A stretch of 57,721 nt of DNA, the filler included, from an uncultured bacterium (lineage in GTDB: Bacteria > Latescibacterota > UBA2968), in the NCBI GenBank assembly GCA_964471275.1. It is 2 parts of 2 records of this genome, joined end to end, with 100 filler letters (N's around TTAATTAATTAA, not from the genome) between each part and the next. Parts side by side here need not be neighbours in the genome. Positions count along the whole stretch, not along the records: positions 29,128 to 57,721 come from CAYYGZ010000026.1; 1 more part is not named here. The stretch is one strand, 5' to 3'. Under the pieces are notes generated by a model. The model was not told where the DNA came from and ran no database searches. It saw only the letters and a list, made by a program, of their open reading frames with translations. This document shows, in pieces, positions 57,611-57,721 of the stretch. The stretch's first letter is position 1. The number at the start of each line of letters is the position of its first letter. The translations under genes were made by a program, and so were the position numbers.

Positions 57611-57721
57611 CTCTCCTTCCGGAAGCTGCAACTTCACTAGAATCAACCAGTTACGCTTTTACTGCTTTGCCTCACCCCAAGGCAACGGCCTAAGTATACA
57701 GATACCAAAATGGGCTGTCAA

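Overview
A GC-rich bacterial window, most likely two contigs joined by an artificial 100-nt spacer (N44-TTAATTAATTAA-N44, 29028-29127). Gene content suggests a diderm FCB-group organism such as Ca. Latescibacterota/Handelsmanbacteria (inference from FlgD-Ig 'YPNPFNP' C-termini, dockerin-like repeats, a GWxTD protein and UBact). The standout locus is a complete UBact-proteasome operon (arc-dop-ubact-prcB-prcA-pafA, 43021-49757, minus strand). It has three odd features: a sigma70 promoter inside the annotated arc 5' end implying a possible ATC start, an ATPase lacking the GQYL/HbYX tail, and an intrinsic terminator directly before pafA. Other content: (1) a six-gene envelope operon (lipoprotein, TonB-dependent receptor, FN3 lipoprotein, TPR/DUF5683, GWxTD-TPR protein, and a CxxCH/temptin-like + dockerin-like + FGE-fold protein); (2) a MoxR-type AAA+ ATPase with a large uncharacterised partner; (3) a sugar catabolism trio ending in uxuA; (4) a degenerate GIY-YIG gene flanked by GTCA-type REP-like repeats; (5) large secreted cohesin/dockerin-like surface proteins; (6) five pseudogenes; (7) recurrent 7-nt-periodic intergenic arrays. 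No rRNA, tRNA, CRISPR array, transposase or integrase was recognised. All family assignments come from motif recognition by eye, not database searches.
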